Shown in pieces: positions 9,585 through 23,200 of a stretch of 64,000 nt of DNA. The notes below the pieces were generated by a model. The model was given only the letters and a program-made list of their open reading frames with translations. It searched no databases and was not told the origin of the DNA. The first letter of the stretch is position 1; every line of letters starts with the position of its first letter. Where the stretch lies: the NCBI GenBank assembly GCA_964016885.1, contig OZ024742.1, forward strand, positions 38,316,001 to 38,380,000, written 5' to 3'. Source of the stretch: Eledone cirrhosa (taxonomy: Eukaryota). Position numbers and translations under genes: made by a program.

Positions 9585-12500
9585 GGTAGTAGAGGTGGTG
9601 TTGTGATGTCAGTGGTAGTAGTGTCATTATTGTGATGTTGGTGGTAGTAGTGGTGTTGTGATGTTAGTGGTGGTGCTGTGATGTCTGGTAGTGATGGTGT
9701 TGTGAGATAATGGTAGTCGTGGTGTTGTAATGTCAGTGGTAGTAGTGGTATTGTAATGATGTCGGTGGTAACGGTGCTGGTGTTGTGAGATAGTGGTGGT
9801 GTTGTTGAGATGTTGGTGGTAGTGGTGGTGTTGTGATGTCAGTGGTAGTAGTGGTATTGTAATGATGTCAGTAGTAGTAGTGTTGTTGTGATGTTGGTGG
9901 TAGTGGTGGTACAGGTGGTGTTGTTGGGATGTTGGTGGTAGTGGGGGTGTTGTTGGGATGTAGGTGGTAGAGGTGGTGTTGTTGGGATGTCGGTGGTAGT
10001 GGTGGTGTTGTTGGAGTGTTGGTGGTAGTGGTGGTGTTGGATTTTGGTGGTAGTGGTGATATTGGTGGTAGTGGTGGTGTTGTTGGGATATTGGTGGTAG
10101 TGGTGGTAGAGGTGGTGTTGTTGGGATGTTGGTGGTAGTAGTGGTGGTGTTGTTGGGATGTTGGTGGTAGTGGTGGTGTTGTTGGGATGTAGGTGGTATT
10201 GGTGGTAGTGGTGGTGTTGTTGGGATGTTGGTGGTAGTGGTGGTGTTGTTGGGATGGTGTTCGTAGTGGTGGTGTTGTTGGGATGTTGCTGGTAGTGGTG
10301 GTGTTGTTGGGATGGTGGTGGTAGTGGTGGTAGTGGTGGTGTTGTTGGGATGGTGTTCGTAGTGGTGGTGTTGTTGGGATGTTGCTGGTAGTGGTGGTGT
10401 TGTTGGGTGGTGGTGGTAGAGGTGGTGTTGTTGGGATGTTGGTGGTAGTGGTGGTAGTGGTGGTGTTGTTGGGATGTTGCTGGTAGTGGTGGTGTTGTTG
10501 GGATGGTGGTGGTGTTGATGGTAGTGGTGGTAGTGGTGGTAGAGGTGGTGTTGTTGGGATGGTGGTGGTGTTGTTGGGATGTTGGTGGTAGTGGTGGTAG
10601 TGGTGGTGTTGTTGGGATGTTGGTGGTAGTGGTGGTAGTGGTGGTAGAGGTGGTGTTGTTGGGATGTTAGTGGTGGTGTTGGTGGGATGTTGGTGGTAGT
10701 GGAGGTGTTGTTAGTATGTTGGTGGTAGTGGTGGTGTTGTTGGGATGTTGGTGGTAGAGGTGGTAGTGGTGGTGTTGTTGGGATGTTGGTGGTAGTGGTG
10801 GTAGTGGTGGTAGAGGTGGTGTTGTTGGGATGTTAGTGGTGGTGTTGGTGGTAGTGGAGGTGTTGTTAGTATGTTGGTGGTAGTGGTGGTGTTGTTGGGA
10901 TGTTGGTGGTAGAGGTGGTAGTGGTGGTGTTGTTGGGATGTTGGTGGTAGTGGTGGTAGTGGTGGTGTTGTTGGGATGTTGGTGGTAGTGGTGGTGTTGT
11001 TGGGATGTTGGTGGTAGTGGTGGTAGTGGTGGTGTTGTTGGGATGTTGGTGGTAGTGGTGGTGTTGTTGGGATGTTGGTGGTAGTGGTGGTGTTGTTGGG
11101 ATGTTGGTGGTAGAGGTGGTAGTGGTGGTGTTGTTGGGATGTTGGTGGTAGTGGTGGTGTTGTTGGGATGTTGGTGGTAGTGGTGGTGTTGTTGGGATGT
11201 TGGTGGTAGAGGTGGTAGTGGTGGTGTTGTTGGGATGTTGGTGGTAGTGGTGGTGTTGTTGGGATGTTGGTGGTAGTGGTGGTGTTGTTGGGATGTTGGT
11301 GGTAGTGGTGGTGTTGTTGGGATGTTGGTGGTAGTGGGGGTGTTGTTGGGATGTTGGTGGTAGTAGTGGTGTTGTTGGGATGTTGGTGGTAGTGGTGGTG
11401 TTGTTGGGATGTTGGTGGTAGTGGTGGTGTTGTTGGGATGTTGGTGGTAGTGGTGGTAGTGGTGGTGTTGTTGGGATGTTGGTGGTAGTGGTGGTGTTGT
11501 TGGGATGTTGGTGGTAGTGGTGGTGTTGTTGGGATGTTGGTGGTAGAGGTGGTAGTGGTGGTGTTGTTGGGATGTTGGTGGTAGTGGTGGTGTTGTTGGG
11601 ATGTTGGTGGTAGTGGTGGTAGTGGTGGTGTTGTTGGGATGTTGGTGGTAGTGGTGGTGTTGTTGGGATGTTGGTGGTAGTGGTGGTGTTGTTGGGATGT
11701 TGGTGGTAGTGGTGGTGTTGTTGGGATGTTGGTGGTAGTGGTGGTAGTGGTGGTGTTGTTGGGATGTTGGTGGTAGTGGTGGTAGTGGTGGTGTTGTTGG
11801 TGGTAGTGGGGGTGTTGTTGGGATGTTGGTGGTAGTAGTGGTGTTGTTGGGATGTTGGTGGTAGTGGTGGTAGTGGTGGTGTTGTTGGGATGTTGGTGGT
11901 AGTAGTGGTAGTAGTGGTGTTGTTGGGATGTTGGTGGTAGTGGTGGTGTTGTTGGGATGTTGGTGGTAGTGGGGGTGTGGTTGGGATGTTGGTGGTAGTG
12001 GTGGTGTTGTTGGGATGTTGGTGGTAGTGGTGGTGTTGTTGGGATGTTGGTGGTAGTGGGGGTGTGGTTGGGATGTTGGTGGTAGTGGTGGTGTTGTTGG
12101 GATGTTGGTGGTAGTGGGGGTGTTGTTGGGATGTTGGTGGTAGTGGTGGTGTTGTTGGGATGTTGGTGGTAGTGGTGGTGTTGTTGGGATGTTGGTGGTA
12201 GTGGGGGTGTGGTTGGGATGTTGGTGGTAGTGGTGGTGTTGTTGGGATGTTGGTGGTAGTGGTGGTAGTGGTGGTGTTGTTGGGATGTTGGTGGTAGTGG
12301 GGGTGTGGTTGGGATGTTGGTGGTAGTGGTGGTGTTGTTGGGATGTTGGTGGTAGTGGGGGTGTTGTTGGGATGTTGGTGGTAGTAGTGGTGTTGTTGGG
12401 ATGTTGGTGGTAGTGGGGGTGTGGTTGGGATGTTGGTGGTAGTGGTGGTGTTGTTGGGATGTTGGTGGTAGTGGTGGTAGTGGTGGTGTTGTTGGGATGT

Positions 12501-12703
12501 TGGTGGTAGTGGGGGTGTGGTTGGGATGTTGGTGGTAGTGGTGGTGTTGTTGGGATGTTGGTGGTAGTGGTGGCAGTGGTGGTGTTGTTAGTATGTTGTT
12601 GGTATTTGTGGTAGTGGTAGTAGTGGTGGCAGTGGTGGTGTTGTTGGGTTGTTGGTGGTAGTGGTGGTGTAGGTGGTAGTGGTGGTGTTGGTGGTAGTGG
12701 TGT
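9585..12703. repeat. G/T-rich minisatellite, 29-bp unit GTTGGTGGTAGTGGTGGTGTTGTTGGGAT with 38-bp variants
   Basis: Direct inspection shows a ~3.1-kb array with almost no C on the plus strand, degenerate edges and a homogeneous core. Confidence 0.97.
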
Positions 12704-13359
12704 ATGTTTTCTGATCTATTTTCTGAATGAGAAATCTGAAAATAGAACTGGCATTTTCTTAAGGACGTCTTAGTTATACAGAAAAGTTATGTGTGTATAC
12801 ATGCATGTGTGTGCACATGCATCATCATCATTGTTTAATTATAGTAGAAGACAACTGCAATCCCCCTCCACCCATACAAATGCATGCACATTAAATATAT
12901 AGTGAGTATTGTGCTTACAAAATTACATCTCTGGTTGAATAAAGTCACAAGGTCCCTCATATACATATATTTTGTGTGTGTATATGTGTATCTGTATGTG
13001 CGTGTGTGTGTGTATAATATACACACACACACATATCCGTGTATGTGGATACAAACAGTTATACAAGCTTATGCATAAACTCACCCAAACACACTCACTG
13101 ATAGTACCCATAAGCACATCCATACACCCACACTCATACATAAGCATATACATACATACACACAAACATGTACACACACACACGCACAAAAGTGCATAAA
13201 AAATTTGGACACACGTGTATGCACACCCATAAACACATCCGCACACTCACACCCATACATATGCATACACATGGAGCTGAATACATAAAGTCAGCACTGC
13301 AGACTTTATGTATTCGGTTCCGTACATTGTTTATATATATATATATCTATCTAGGGTGG

Positions 13360-13640
13360 GTAAGATTCCAGAGATCCATGGATGAGTTCTCTCCAGCGGT
13401 CTCTGTCCTTCATCATCGTCGACATGTCCTGCATCTCCCAGTGTCTGTTCTTAGGGCATCAATATATGTCATCTTTAGTCTCCCTCTTCTAGTTTGTCTG
13501 GGTAGGGGCTCACACAGGACCACTGAGTGCAGTGTCAACTCTGAATGTAGTTGAGCATGTCCTGCTAACCTCAGTCTCTTCTGTGCTATTTTCGAGCTGA
13601 CATTTGGGAGGCCCCCATACAGCTCTGAGTTCTTCATCCT
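13360..13640 (-). mobile_element. RTE-like LINE C-terminal fragment (different family)
   Basis: LYGGLPNVSSKIAQKRLRLAGH...RRGRLKMTYIDAL is a typical post-RT C-terminal domain. Confidence 0.7.
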
Positions 13641-13829
13641 GAGTGTGTGTGTGTGTATCATCCTCATCATCACCATTTAACATCTATTTTTCATGTATAT
13701 ATGAGTTAGATGGGTCAACACATTATAAGACAAGTTAGGTCAGGTGACCATGTCATGCTCATACTCAACTGTTTCTGGCTCAGTTTGTACTTTCGTATGG
13801 CCATACTTAACACAACATTGACTGGGTGC

Positions 13830-14500
13830 TTTTTATCATTGCTCCATTTCCTCTCTTTGCAATGTATACTTGTTGCCTAGCTTCTCTCCTAGCTTTTTAG
13901 TCATTTTCTCTGCTTCCCCCATTCTGCCATTCTTTCCATGCCTGTTTCTTGGCCTTAATTGTCTCATCCACTCTACTACTTCACTAAGTAATCCTTCTTT
14001 TCCCTGGAGCCCTGCTCCAGCCAAAGATCTCATCTGTGGCCTTCAGCAAATTATCCCTCAGGAACTCCTGCTGTTCCCCTATTTTATATCTGTATTTCTT
14101 CTTCCTTATTGTCAAAAGCATCAAGCAAGATATCTCTAAATTTGTTATTGGCTTAGGGTTCCCTCAACTTCCATGTCCTTCTGCATGTTGCCCTCTGTCT
14201 TCTAGTTTGTTTAGCCCTAACTTTAAAGTTGCTAACTACTAGGTTATGTTGAGAGGTGCATTGCTTACCAAGAAGGGACTTTGTGTTTACAACTATCACT
14301 ATATCACATCTTCTGGTGAGGATAAAATCTATTTGGCTTGTATGCTCACTTGATCTATAGAGCCACTAATGTCTCCTACCAAACTCAAAGTCTCCATAGA
14401 AACCATTATATTGTTCCCAACATCCCCATTAAAGACGCCTGCAATGATTATGAAACCAGCATTACTCATTAGGGAAGTAGTTTGCATTAGGGATTTGTAA
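13830..14500 (-). mobile_element. Older decayed RTE endonuclease/linker fragment
   Basis: Minus frame AKKQAWKEWQNGGSRE and IIIAGVFNGDVG are homologous to the 28-kb RTE. Confidence 0.75.
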
Positions 14501-17229
14501 CAGCTGTCATGGCAGTATCGGTAGAGGGTCGGACGCCATGCTTTGACGCATAGAGTTACGGCCCTTGCCATTCTGAGTTCATCCTTACGGGGTCGATAAA
14601 ATAAAGTACCAGTAATACACTGGGTAATTGCTGGCCTTGTGCTTAACGTAGAAACAATTAATTCATCTAACCGTCCTTATTGAGGTGTATAAACATATAT
14701 ATATATAATTATTATAGTTGTTCTATTAAGAACTAGTCTAAGTTTAATGACTCTGTCATTCACTCTATTTACCATAATTACCTTACTGACTACTGAATAC
14801 CCGCTCCACCCAGCCTGTTGTCTTTGCCTACCCAGAAAAATTTGTAGCATTATTTTCTGCCCATAAGGAGTCTAGTTGATGCTCCTTTTCACTTAGTCTC
14901 TTGTACACATCAACTTTTTTTTTGTCCTTTAGTAGAATAGATAGGTTTAGTTGTATGTGTGTATATATATATATGTATATTTTATGGGTGTTAGTGAGGA
15001 TTGTATGTGTGTGTGGATTTCAGTGTTCTTTGGATTAAAAGTTGAAATATATGGTATAATCCTTTTTTCTGGTTGAAAGAAATCTTTCAATCTATTTTTT
15101 ATGAGATAGTGATGCAGAAAGAGTGATTGGTTGAAAAGAGAGAGAGTTTATTTGAAGCTTTTTTTAAAATATAGATACAATATAGGGAGGGAGACACATA
15201 CAGTGTGTCAATATGTTCATACATATACATACATTTATGCAAATATTTTTTAATCATGAGCCTTATCATCACCACCAACATCATTTATCATTTTACTATG
15301 AGTAGACCACACATGATGTAACTAAAGATACATTGTTGCTTGGTATTAATGAAGCTCTATCAAATATGAGTGTGTCTATTATACACACACACACGCACAC
15401 ATATATTAATTTACAAAGTTAACTTATATATATATATATCCCACTTCTTTCTCATCTGACATTTTTTCTCTGTGAATAATTTACACCATAAACCAAGAAA
15501 CACTACCTCCACCCACTACTTCTACTCACTACCTCTACCCACTTCTTCTACCCTCTACCTCCACCCACTGCCAAATAACTCAGATCAATATTGCTGGTTT
15601 TATGAATGTCCATCACCACTACCACCTCTGTTTTCTCTTTAATACTTATATCAAGAGTATCAAACTTCTCATAACGACTCTTGCATGTATACATAGAAAC
15701 ATGCATACACACACTCACATTGCTGCACACACACACACAGACATCTACATGCCGCACACATATAGAATACATTAATTTTATAGCGCTGATAGCGCCTTCC
15801 ACTTTCTTGTCTCTGCCAATTTAGAACCATTAAAGCCATTGAAATATTATAATACTACATTGTACATTTAGTGTGTAATTGTTGTACAACTGCACCTTGT
15901 TTCATGAAACTGCATTAGCAAGACATTCTTGAAAAGTATAAAATAGCTCTATGACTGCATCACATTAATTATTAAAATCTTCTCCTAAATACTGCAAATT
16001 TTCACGATATGTCCACTAGTAAAAGTACTTTAAACATTTGAATTAAAAAACTCATTTTTAGATATGTTCTGCCATGGATGTTAAGAGTTTAATTCAAATG
16101 AGGAATTATACAATTATTTTCTAGCATTTGTAGTGGAACCATCGCTGGGCTAGATTTTCTTTGTTTGCGAAAATACCCCGATCAACAACCCAGACTAAAA
16201 TAGCCTTCATAGCACCTAGGGGTATATAGAGCACAGAACCTCTCACTTCTACCTCTCTCTCACTGGTTGTGTCAGTCCAATCACCAACTAAACTGGATAT
16301 TATTTTTGTTTTATTGTTAATAAAACATAAAAATTGCAAATAATGTCCACATTCTTCTGCAGACCACCAACATTTTCTCTTGGACGACTGGTTGGCAACT
16401 GCTGTTACAGAGAGTGTACTGGGGGCATTTCATACCACTACGTAGGTTGTTGTGCTATTGACACAACTGAAGATTCCTCTCAATGCTTTGGTTGGCAAGT
16501 TCTCTATGGCTGGGTGCTCTTCCTAACATCAACCACTTTACAGAATGTACTGGGCGCATTTTATCAGAGCATCACTACCCTATGGGGAAGGTGGAGGTGA
16601 CCATATTTAAATTAAAACCTTCCATCATAATTTTATGTAAAAACCTTTTATTAAGTCATAACCTAAATATGTTTAATAAAAGAAGTTATGTTATTAAATC
16701 CTTACAAATTCTCAAGTACTTTCAAAATAAATTGAAACAGAAGGGCAGTGTGTATGTGTTTGCATGTGTCCATGTGTGTGTTTGCACGTGTCGACGTGTG
16801 TATTTGCATGTGTCCATGTATGTGTTTGCATGTGTCCATGTATGTGTTTGCTGTGTATGTGTGTGATTCAAAATATGGTCTTGAAAGATTCAATCACCTA
16901 GCATCATTCATCTATTACTATCTTTGTCTCCTTTCCATTCACACACACACAAACAAACACACACGTCTTTATCTGTTTGCTTGTGGACGCATTAAGTGTG
17001 CTTTACTTAACAAAGAAGACTACTTGTTAATCAGAGTTTCTGAAAGTTTCATGGAGTTTTGCTGAGCCATAAATTGTTGTAGTGTTGTATTTGGATGTTG
17101 GGGAACAGTAGTTCCTCCATATTTCAGAGATAACATTTTAAATATTGTACTACTACCAGAGAACATCTAGGAGTGGATTAATCCAGTTTAGCTGATTAAT
17201 TATTAATCCCCAGGATTAGCCTGTCATTC

Positions 17230-17640
17230 TCTATATCTTTCTTTGACTCTTTCCCTCTCTCTCTATCTTTGCCTTCTTTATTTCACTTGCTCTCTCTCTC
17301 TCTAGATATATTTATATGTTTCCCCATCTGTTCGTATATCTGTCCCTGTATCTCTTTACCTATCCATCTATCGATCTGTCATATGTCTATCTATCTGCCT
17401 ATCTATTTAACATGTCTTTGTCTATCTATCTACCTCTTTATTTAAGTGTATATCTATCTCTTTATCTATCTAGCTATCTAGTTATTTTTTTTATATATCT
17501 ATCTGTTTGTATGTTTGTCTCTCTCCATTTATCTATCTATTTATCTGTGTGCTCATCCATTTATTTATCTGTCTGTCTGTCTATCCAACCATCTACTCAC
17601 CTATCTACCTATTCATTTATATATCTGTTTCTCTATCCAA
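17230..17640. repeat. Degenerate (CT)/(ATCT)n low-complexity tract before the exon acceptor
   Basis: Repeated TATC/CTAT units. Confidence 0.8.
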
Positions 17641-17655
17641 TTTTGTCTTTTTTAG

Positions 17656-17867
17656 GACTGGAAGCTGACATGTCAGTTGAAGTGAGTGAGCAGGATATGC
17701 TAGGGCCTCTCTCAAGTATGGCCACCACCGAACCAGACTGCCTACTTTACTTGGCCTGGATCTTTATAAATGTATGCAGTTTGTACGCCTTCTATTCTTC
17801 AAGCATTGGTCAACACATGATTAATAAAATACACACACTTTGGCAGGAACATCAACATATAGAATAG
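17656..17867 (+). CDS. TXNDC15: Last coding exon of a thioredoxin domain-containing protein 15-like gene
   Basis: Acceptor TTTTGTCTTTTTTAG, phase 1. Translation (G)LEADMSVEVSEQDMLGPLSSMATTEPDCLLYLAWIFINVCSLYAF...WQEHQHIE* resembles the TXNDC15 C-terminus as recalled (GIEAKKNVVVTQADQIGPLPS...DWLLVFSLFF...EQEHVE), including the TM helix. Confidence 0.8.
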
Positions 17868-18909
17868 ACAATCATTGGCTGTGTTTGTTTCTAATTATAT
17901 TTAATTATCATTATTTATTTATTATTATTATCAGTGTTGTTGTTGTTTTTTATTATTATTATTATTAATAATCAAAATGGCAGTGGAATGGCTGAGTTGG
18001 TAGAGCATTGGATGCATATGGTCTAGTTGGTTCAATTCCTAGACTGGGTGGTGCATTTCTGTTTTTGAGTAAAACGTTCATTTCATATTGCCTTTCATGA
18101 TAGGACTGGAGCCCCTGATGTTAACCCCTTTGTAACCATATATCTAATGAAAAACACTCCTTATAATTTTCAGATCATGTTGAAAATAATCAAAAATGTT
18201 GAAGGATTTAGTAATATAATTAACTTCTGATTATTAAGGTAGTGTTTATGGCATAATGTAACAAAGATTCTTACATAAAAATCACAATGGAAGGTTTTTA
18301 GATAAATATAAACATTAAAAAAAAAGAAGCTTTGTATCATTGAACCAGAGGCAGTTTGTTATCATAAGGGTTAAAACACCTGAGGAACCTGTGAGATACT
18401 GTTTCATAGGAAGTCAACTAAACCTGCATAAGTCTGAGCTGTAAATTTCACTTTTCATTCAAGATGCACTGTGGTTCTCAGTTGTGTCCTTCTGGGAACA
18501 ATTAAATAAGGAAATACCAGTCAAGTACTTGCAGATTTATCTAATCTGCTATACCTTGTGCTTATTTTAGAAATTATTATTGACAGTGATGGATTGGCAC
18601 AATTCTTTGCAGCATTTATTCTGGCTTTTTACGTTCTCAGTTCAAATCACTCGACGGTCAACTTTGCCGTTCATCCTTTTGTGGTTGGTAAAATAAAGTA
18701 CCAGTCAAGTATTGGGGTCCATTTAACCAACTCTGACCTTGCCCGCAAACTACTGGCCTTATTCCTAAATTATTATTATTATTTGAAGAAGGGTGGTGTG
18801 TTGGACAAAATGCTATGTAGCATTTATTTTGAGGTCAAATGTTTTTTTCATCTGTCTAGTGGTGATAAAATATAGTACCAGTCACATACTGGTGTTGATA
18901 TAATCAACA

Positions 18910-19200
18910 TTCTCTTCTTCGCCCGCTTATTCCTGGGAGGGTTGTGGGGGCAGAGTCCTCAAACACTCCTTCTAGCGAGTCCTGTCAGAAGCCACCATCT
19001 CCAATTGATCTAGCTGGATCTCCAAGTGAGACCAGCTGAGCTCATGGATCTTATCCAACCATCTTACTCGGGGTCCACCCCTGGGCCTCCTACCGGTTGG
19101 TTTTGCCTGAAAAATCTGTCTAGCGATTCTTTCCTGAGACATTCTAACCACGTGTCTATCATATCGGAGCTGTAATCCCTCAAATCTACCTAGAGAAACT
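18910..19200 (-). mobile_element. RTE-clade 3' fragment (third family); related piece at ~22540-22740
   Basis: Minus translation LQLRYDRHVVRMSQERIARQIFQAKPTGRRPRGGPRVRWLD. Confidence 0.7.
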
Positions 19201-20149
19201 CTCTGATATGTGATGTTACATGGTTGTGAGACGAGGGCAGTGAATGTAGAGGATATGTAATATTACATGGTAGTGAGACATGGGCAGTGACTGTAGGTGT
19301 ACAAAGGCTGGAAAGAAAGGAATTGAGCTTGTCCTATTGGATGTGTATTGTTAATGTGCATGAAGCATGGATGGGGTGAGATAAAATCTTAGAGTAAGAG
19401 GAATCAGATGTTTTTGCAAGAGAGAAGATTATGCTGGTATGGACATGTGACTATCATCATCATGATGCATATGTATTATAATTGTTGGGTGAAGAAGTGA
19501 CAGGAAGTCATGGTAGAGGAAAACCAAGAAAGACCTGTCGGAAGTAGTGAAAACTGATCTCAGAATGTGAGACTTCACAAAGGAAAGAGACAAGTGGAGA
19601 GATGCTGTACTACAGAAGACTCATCTAACTCATGTTAGCATGGAAGAATGAATGTAAAACTGTTGAAAATGATAATGATGATGATAAATACTTTGAAATA
19701 AACAGTTTTGTATTATAAAACCAGGAGTGGTTTCAGGCGTTTTTGTATCCAAAGTTTTATGCAACTAGTCAATAGAAAGTCTATAACTATGTCATTACAG
19801 ATTTCATTGAAATATTAAATATTATGCAGTGTTAAATCTCCTTATTAGTCCAAATCAGTTAATCTGTCAATATTTATAATTATAGGAGGGTGAATGGTTG
19901 TTAAAATCAGTAGAATTTCAGACAAAATGTTTTCTAGTATTTAGTTATAATCCCTTTACCTTATTTCAAGTATTGCTGGGGTCTACACTTTTATTCATCC
20001 TACTGGCAGTGGTGGTGACTGCTGTGGCTATTGTTGTCATTGACTAACTTCCATTTTCCCTTCTAGAAAAGTTTGGGCAGGTCATCACTGTTAATAAAAC
20101 AAATACTAATGATATACAACATAATGTCACAATGGCTCTTCAATCACTT

Positions 20150-20632
20150 CTAAGACATGAAAATCTCTCTAGTGCTGGGGCCATGATAAAATATGCCATG
20201 TACACTCTGTAAAGTGGTTGGATTTAGGAAGGGCATTCCAACTGTAGAAACTATACCAAAAGGTTGAGAAAACTTTCAGTTATGTCAAGTACATGACAAC
20301 CTCTCAAGTACTGCTGCCATAATAAAATGCATCCAGCACACTTTGTAAAATGGTTGGCATTAGGAAATATATCCAGCCATACAAATTATGTCAAAAAAGG
20401 TTAAGAGGACTCTTCAGTAGCATCAAGGACATAACCTCTCTAATGTTGGTGCCATGATAAAATGCACCAAGTAAACTATGTAAAGTGGTTGATATTGAAG
20501 ATTACCCAGCTGTAAAAATCATGTCCTTCAATATATCTAGGAGGACCATAATTCTAATAAAGTCCTGGCTTGGTCTGTAATAACCTGTCCAACCCATGCC
20601 ATCATGGAAAAATGGATGGAAAATGATGATAT
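20150..20632 (+). repeat. Tandem ~135-bp copies of a SINE/RTE-tail segment ending in a (GAT)n tail
   Basis: Three copies of ...GCCATGATAAAATGCA...GTAAAGTGGTTGG..., followed by CCAACCCATGCCATCATGGAAAAATGG...GATGAT. Confidence 0.65.
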
Positions 20633-21779
20633 TGTATTGATTATAATCAACTTATATCCTTCCATCCACAAAATATCTGGCCTTGGCTAATATTAAAAAT
20701 CAATATTTACTATTATTTTAGCTTTAAAAATGTACATCACTTTTCTATAAACTATTGAATTATTAATACACTTCTTTTGTAATTGCAATAAATCTAGCAT
20801 CAAATGATAATGGTAGTGGAATTGATGATAGCTGGCTATCTTTAGTGAGTATCCTAATTTACTAGACTAATCTTGTTTTTAACTATTTTATGTAGAAACA
20901 GTATTTTTTTTAAAAATTCAATTTAAATATTTAGAGCTTTAAAATTAGATATGTTTTCTATCTACCATCATAACACATGCTTACCACAACTTTCATTACC
21001 ATATTTCTAATGAAAGACACTGTCCTTTATTATTTGAAAATATCTAAGGATTTAGGGTGATTTAGCAAAATAACTAACTTTCTCATTATTAAGATGACAT
21101 TTAGAGCATAACTTAAAGAACTTCTTTGTTGCCAACACAGGTAGTAGCTCCCAGAATTTTTTTTATCTTGTTTTTATTTTAGCTACAATGCATTCAGAGC
21201 AACTTCTACTGCTACTAATTAGGTTACCTAGGTAACAGAAGTTATCAACTACTCTGGAGCCTTCCCTGGGTGGGAAAATGTCTATATTTATCTAAAAAAC
21301 TTTCGATCATCATTTTGTATTAGAACCATTTATTGTTCTATGTTTGAAACATCAGATTAATAATGAGAAAGTAATATTATTAGATCCCTCCAAATTCTTG
21401 ATGATTAAAATATTATTTAAAAAAAACAAATTAATCATAGGTAGTGTCTTTAATTACACATAGGGTAACAGAATGGTTAAAGCAGATTAAGAATTAAAGT
21501 CATGGAATAGGAATTGTATATTAAAATGTGTTTCTTCACAGCAGAAATGATCTCTGATACTTGACTTGTGTAAAGTTCCAAAGTTTCACCTGGTTAAAAA
21601 CCAAACCAACATCTGTGTAATAAGTATTCTATAGTTTGTTTACAGAAAGCCTTTCAGTCTTCTGCTCAGATAGACATTCTTGTTTCTTGGTTCCTATTAT
21701 TCCCATTATTTAACATGACTATTTTCTATTGATCATTATGTGGTGTTCAGTTTCATGGTTAGGTTGTTGTGCCCTCAAT

Positions 21780-22183
21780 CAAAATTATAAACCATCTTGC
21801 CAACAACAACCCTGAGCACCTTTTTGAATTCAATGTGTCTAACACCCATGGACATGCTTACAAAATCAGAAAGCCGAACAGCTCCCATGACTTTAGGAAA
21901 CATTTTTTCATGCTCAGAGTTGCTGAAGCATGGAACAAACTCCCAGCATCAGTTGTTAGCTGTTGAGACACTGTATCCTTCAAAACTTCCATGCTTCCTG
22001 AAATTTGCCAACACTACACCTGATATTCCCTCTCCATACACATGCACGCATGTGTTTGTGTATATATTATGACTCATGCACTGTTCACTTTTCTGACATC
22101 TGTACATTATTCTATGTACTATACATGCACCTTTGATGAGTTGTAGTGCACCTGAGCACTGTACACAATAATTTTCATTATTA
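21780..22183 (+). mobile_element. CR1 3'-end fragment
   Basis: NHLANNNPEHLFEFNVSNTHGHAYKIRK... followed by the 3' UTR and ATT tail. Confidence 0.9.
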
Positions 22184-22991
22184 TATGTAATGTCATGGGT
22201 TCAACTGTTGAGCTAGGTGGCACATTGTGTTCTTAAGAAAAATACTTCAGATTGTTTCAGTCTACTCAACTAAAAAATGAATACTAGCAGCATCTGCCGT
22301 TGTCTCATCGGAGAAAAAGAACAGATATTGTGATTTGGAGCGATTGAGCGCAAAGAAAATTGAAACAATAGGAGAGTATACACACACACACAAATGAATG
22401 AGATGACAGTCAAAATTATTTCTTTCCTCATCAGGAAGTTTCATTGGTGTTTGGAATTTCTAGAAACATTTTCATTACATAATGTTTTACAGTGTAAATT
22501 CTTCATTTCATTTCTTCAGTGATGTTTTCAAACTCCTCCTCCTCCCACTTATTCTTGAGAGAGTCGTTGGGGCAGAGTCTTCAAACACTCCATTGAGAGG
22601 GTTCTGTCAAAGACAACCATCTCCAAATGATCCAGCTGGATCCCTTAGCAAGACCAACCAAGCTCATCGATGTTATCCAACCATCTTGCTCTGGGTCTCC
22701 TACTGGCTGGTTTTACCTGTAACATCTGTCCAACGATGCTTTCAAACTCTCCAAACTGAATTTAGAATATTAACCCATCTCAGTGAAAATTGATGATGCT
22801 AACCGTTACTACTTTTTTACACATATATGTTGATTTGTGAAAGTAGCTTAGTGGTTAAGCTCATAAGTTTGATTCCTAGTGGCATGTTGTGCTTTGAACA
22901 AGACTTTATTTCACATTACTACAGTCCACTCAGCTGTAACTGTAATGCCTTGTCACACTGTGTGGCATGCTGAATCTCCCTGACAATTACA

Positions 22992-23200
22992 TTAACCCTT
23001 TAGCATTTACTATTGTATTTTCATGGTAAAGGCTTTACCTCACGTAATTATCTCACATAATGTTGAATCTGAGATTTTAATAATATTTATTTTGAGAACA
23101 CTACCTTAACATAAGTATGAGCAGCCGTTTATGGCCGGTTTCAACAGAAAGAGGTGAGAATATTCTGGCCGGATACAGCCGGTTTAAATGCTTAAGGGTA
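22992..23200. mobile_element. TTAA MITE family A copy (others at 31441-31656 and 39002-39580)
   Basis: TTAACCCTTTAGCATTTA terminus and internal sequence shared with 5711-5929. Confidence 0.75.

Noticed and set aside
9585-12703. Possible CRISPR array, telomeric repeat or mucin-like exon
   Set aside because: There are no unique spacers and it is not TTAGGG. The 29-bp unit is not a multiple of 3 and no splice or start context is evident.
12835-13272. Cys/Val- and His/Thr-rich ORFs (also 16483-17065)
   Set aside because: They come from (CA)/(TG)-rich low-complexity sequence.
17316-17655. N-terminal 113 codons of the 183-aa ORF
   Set aside because: This is a degenerate (ATCT)n tract upstream of the acceptor, so it is intronic.
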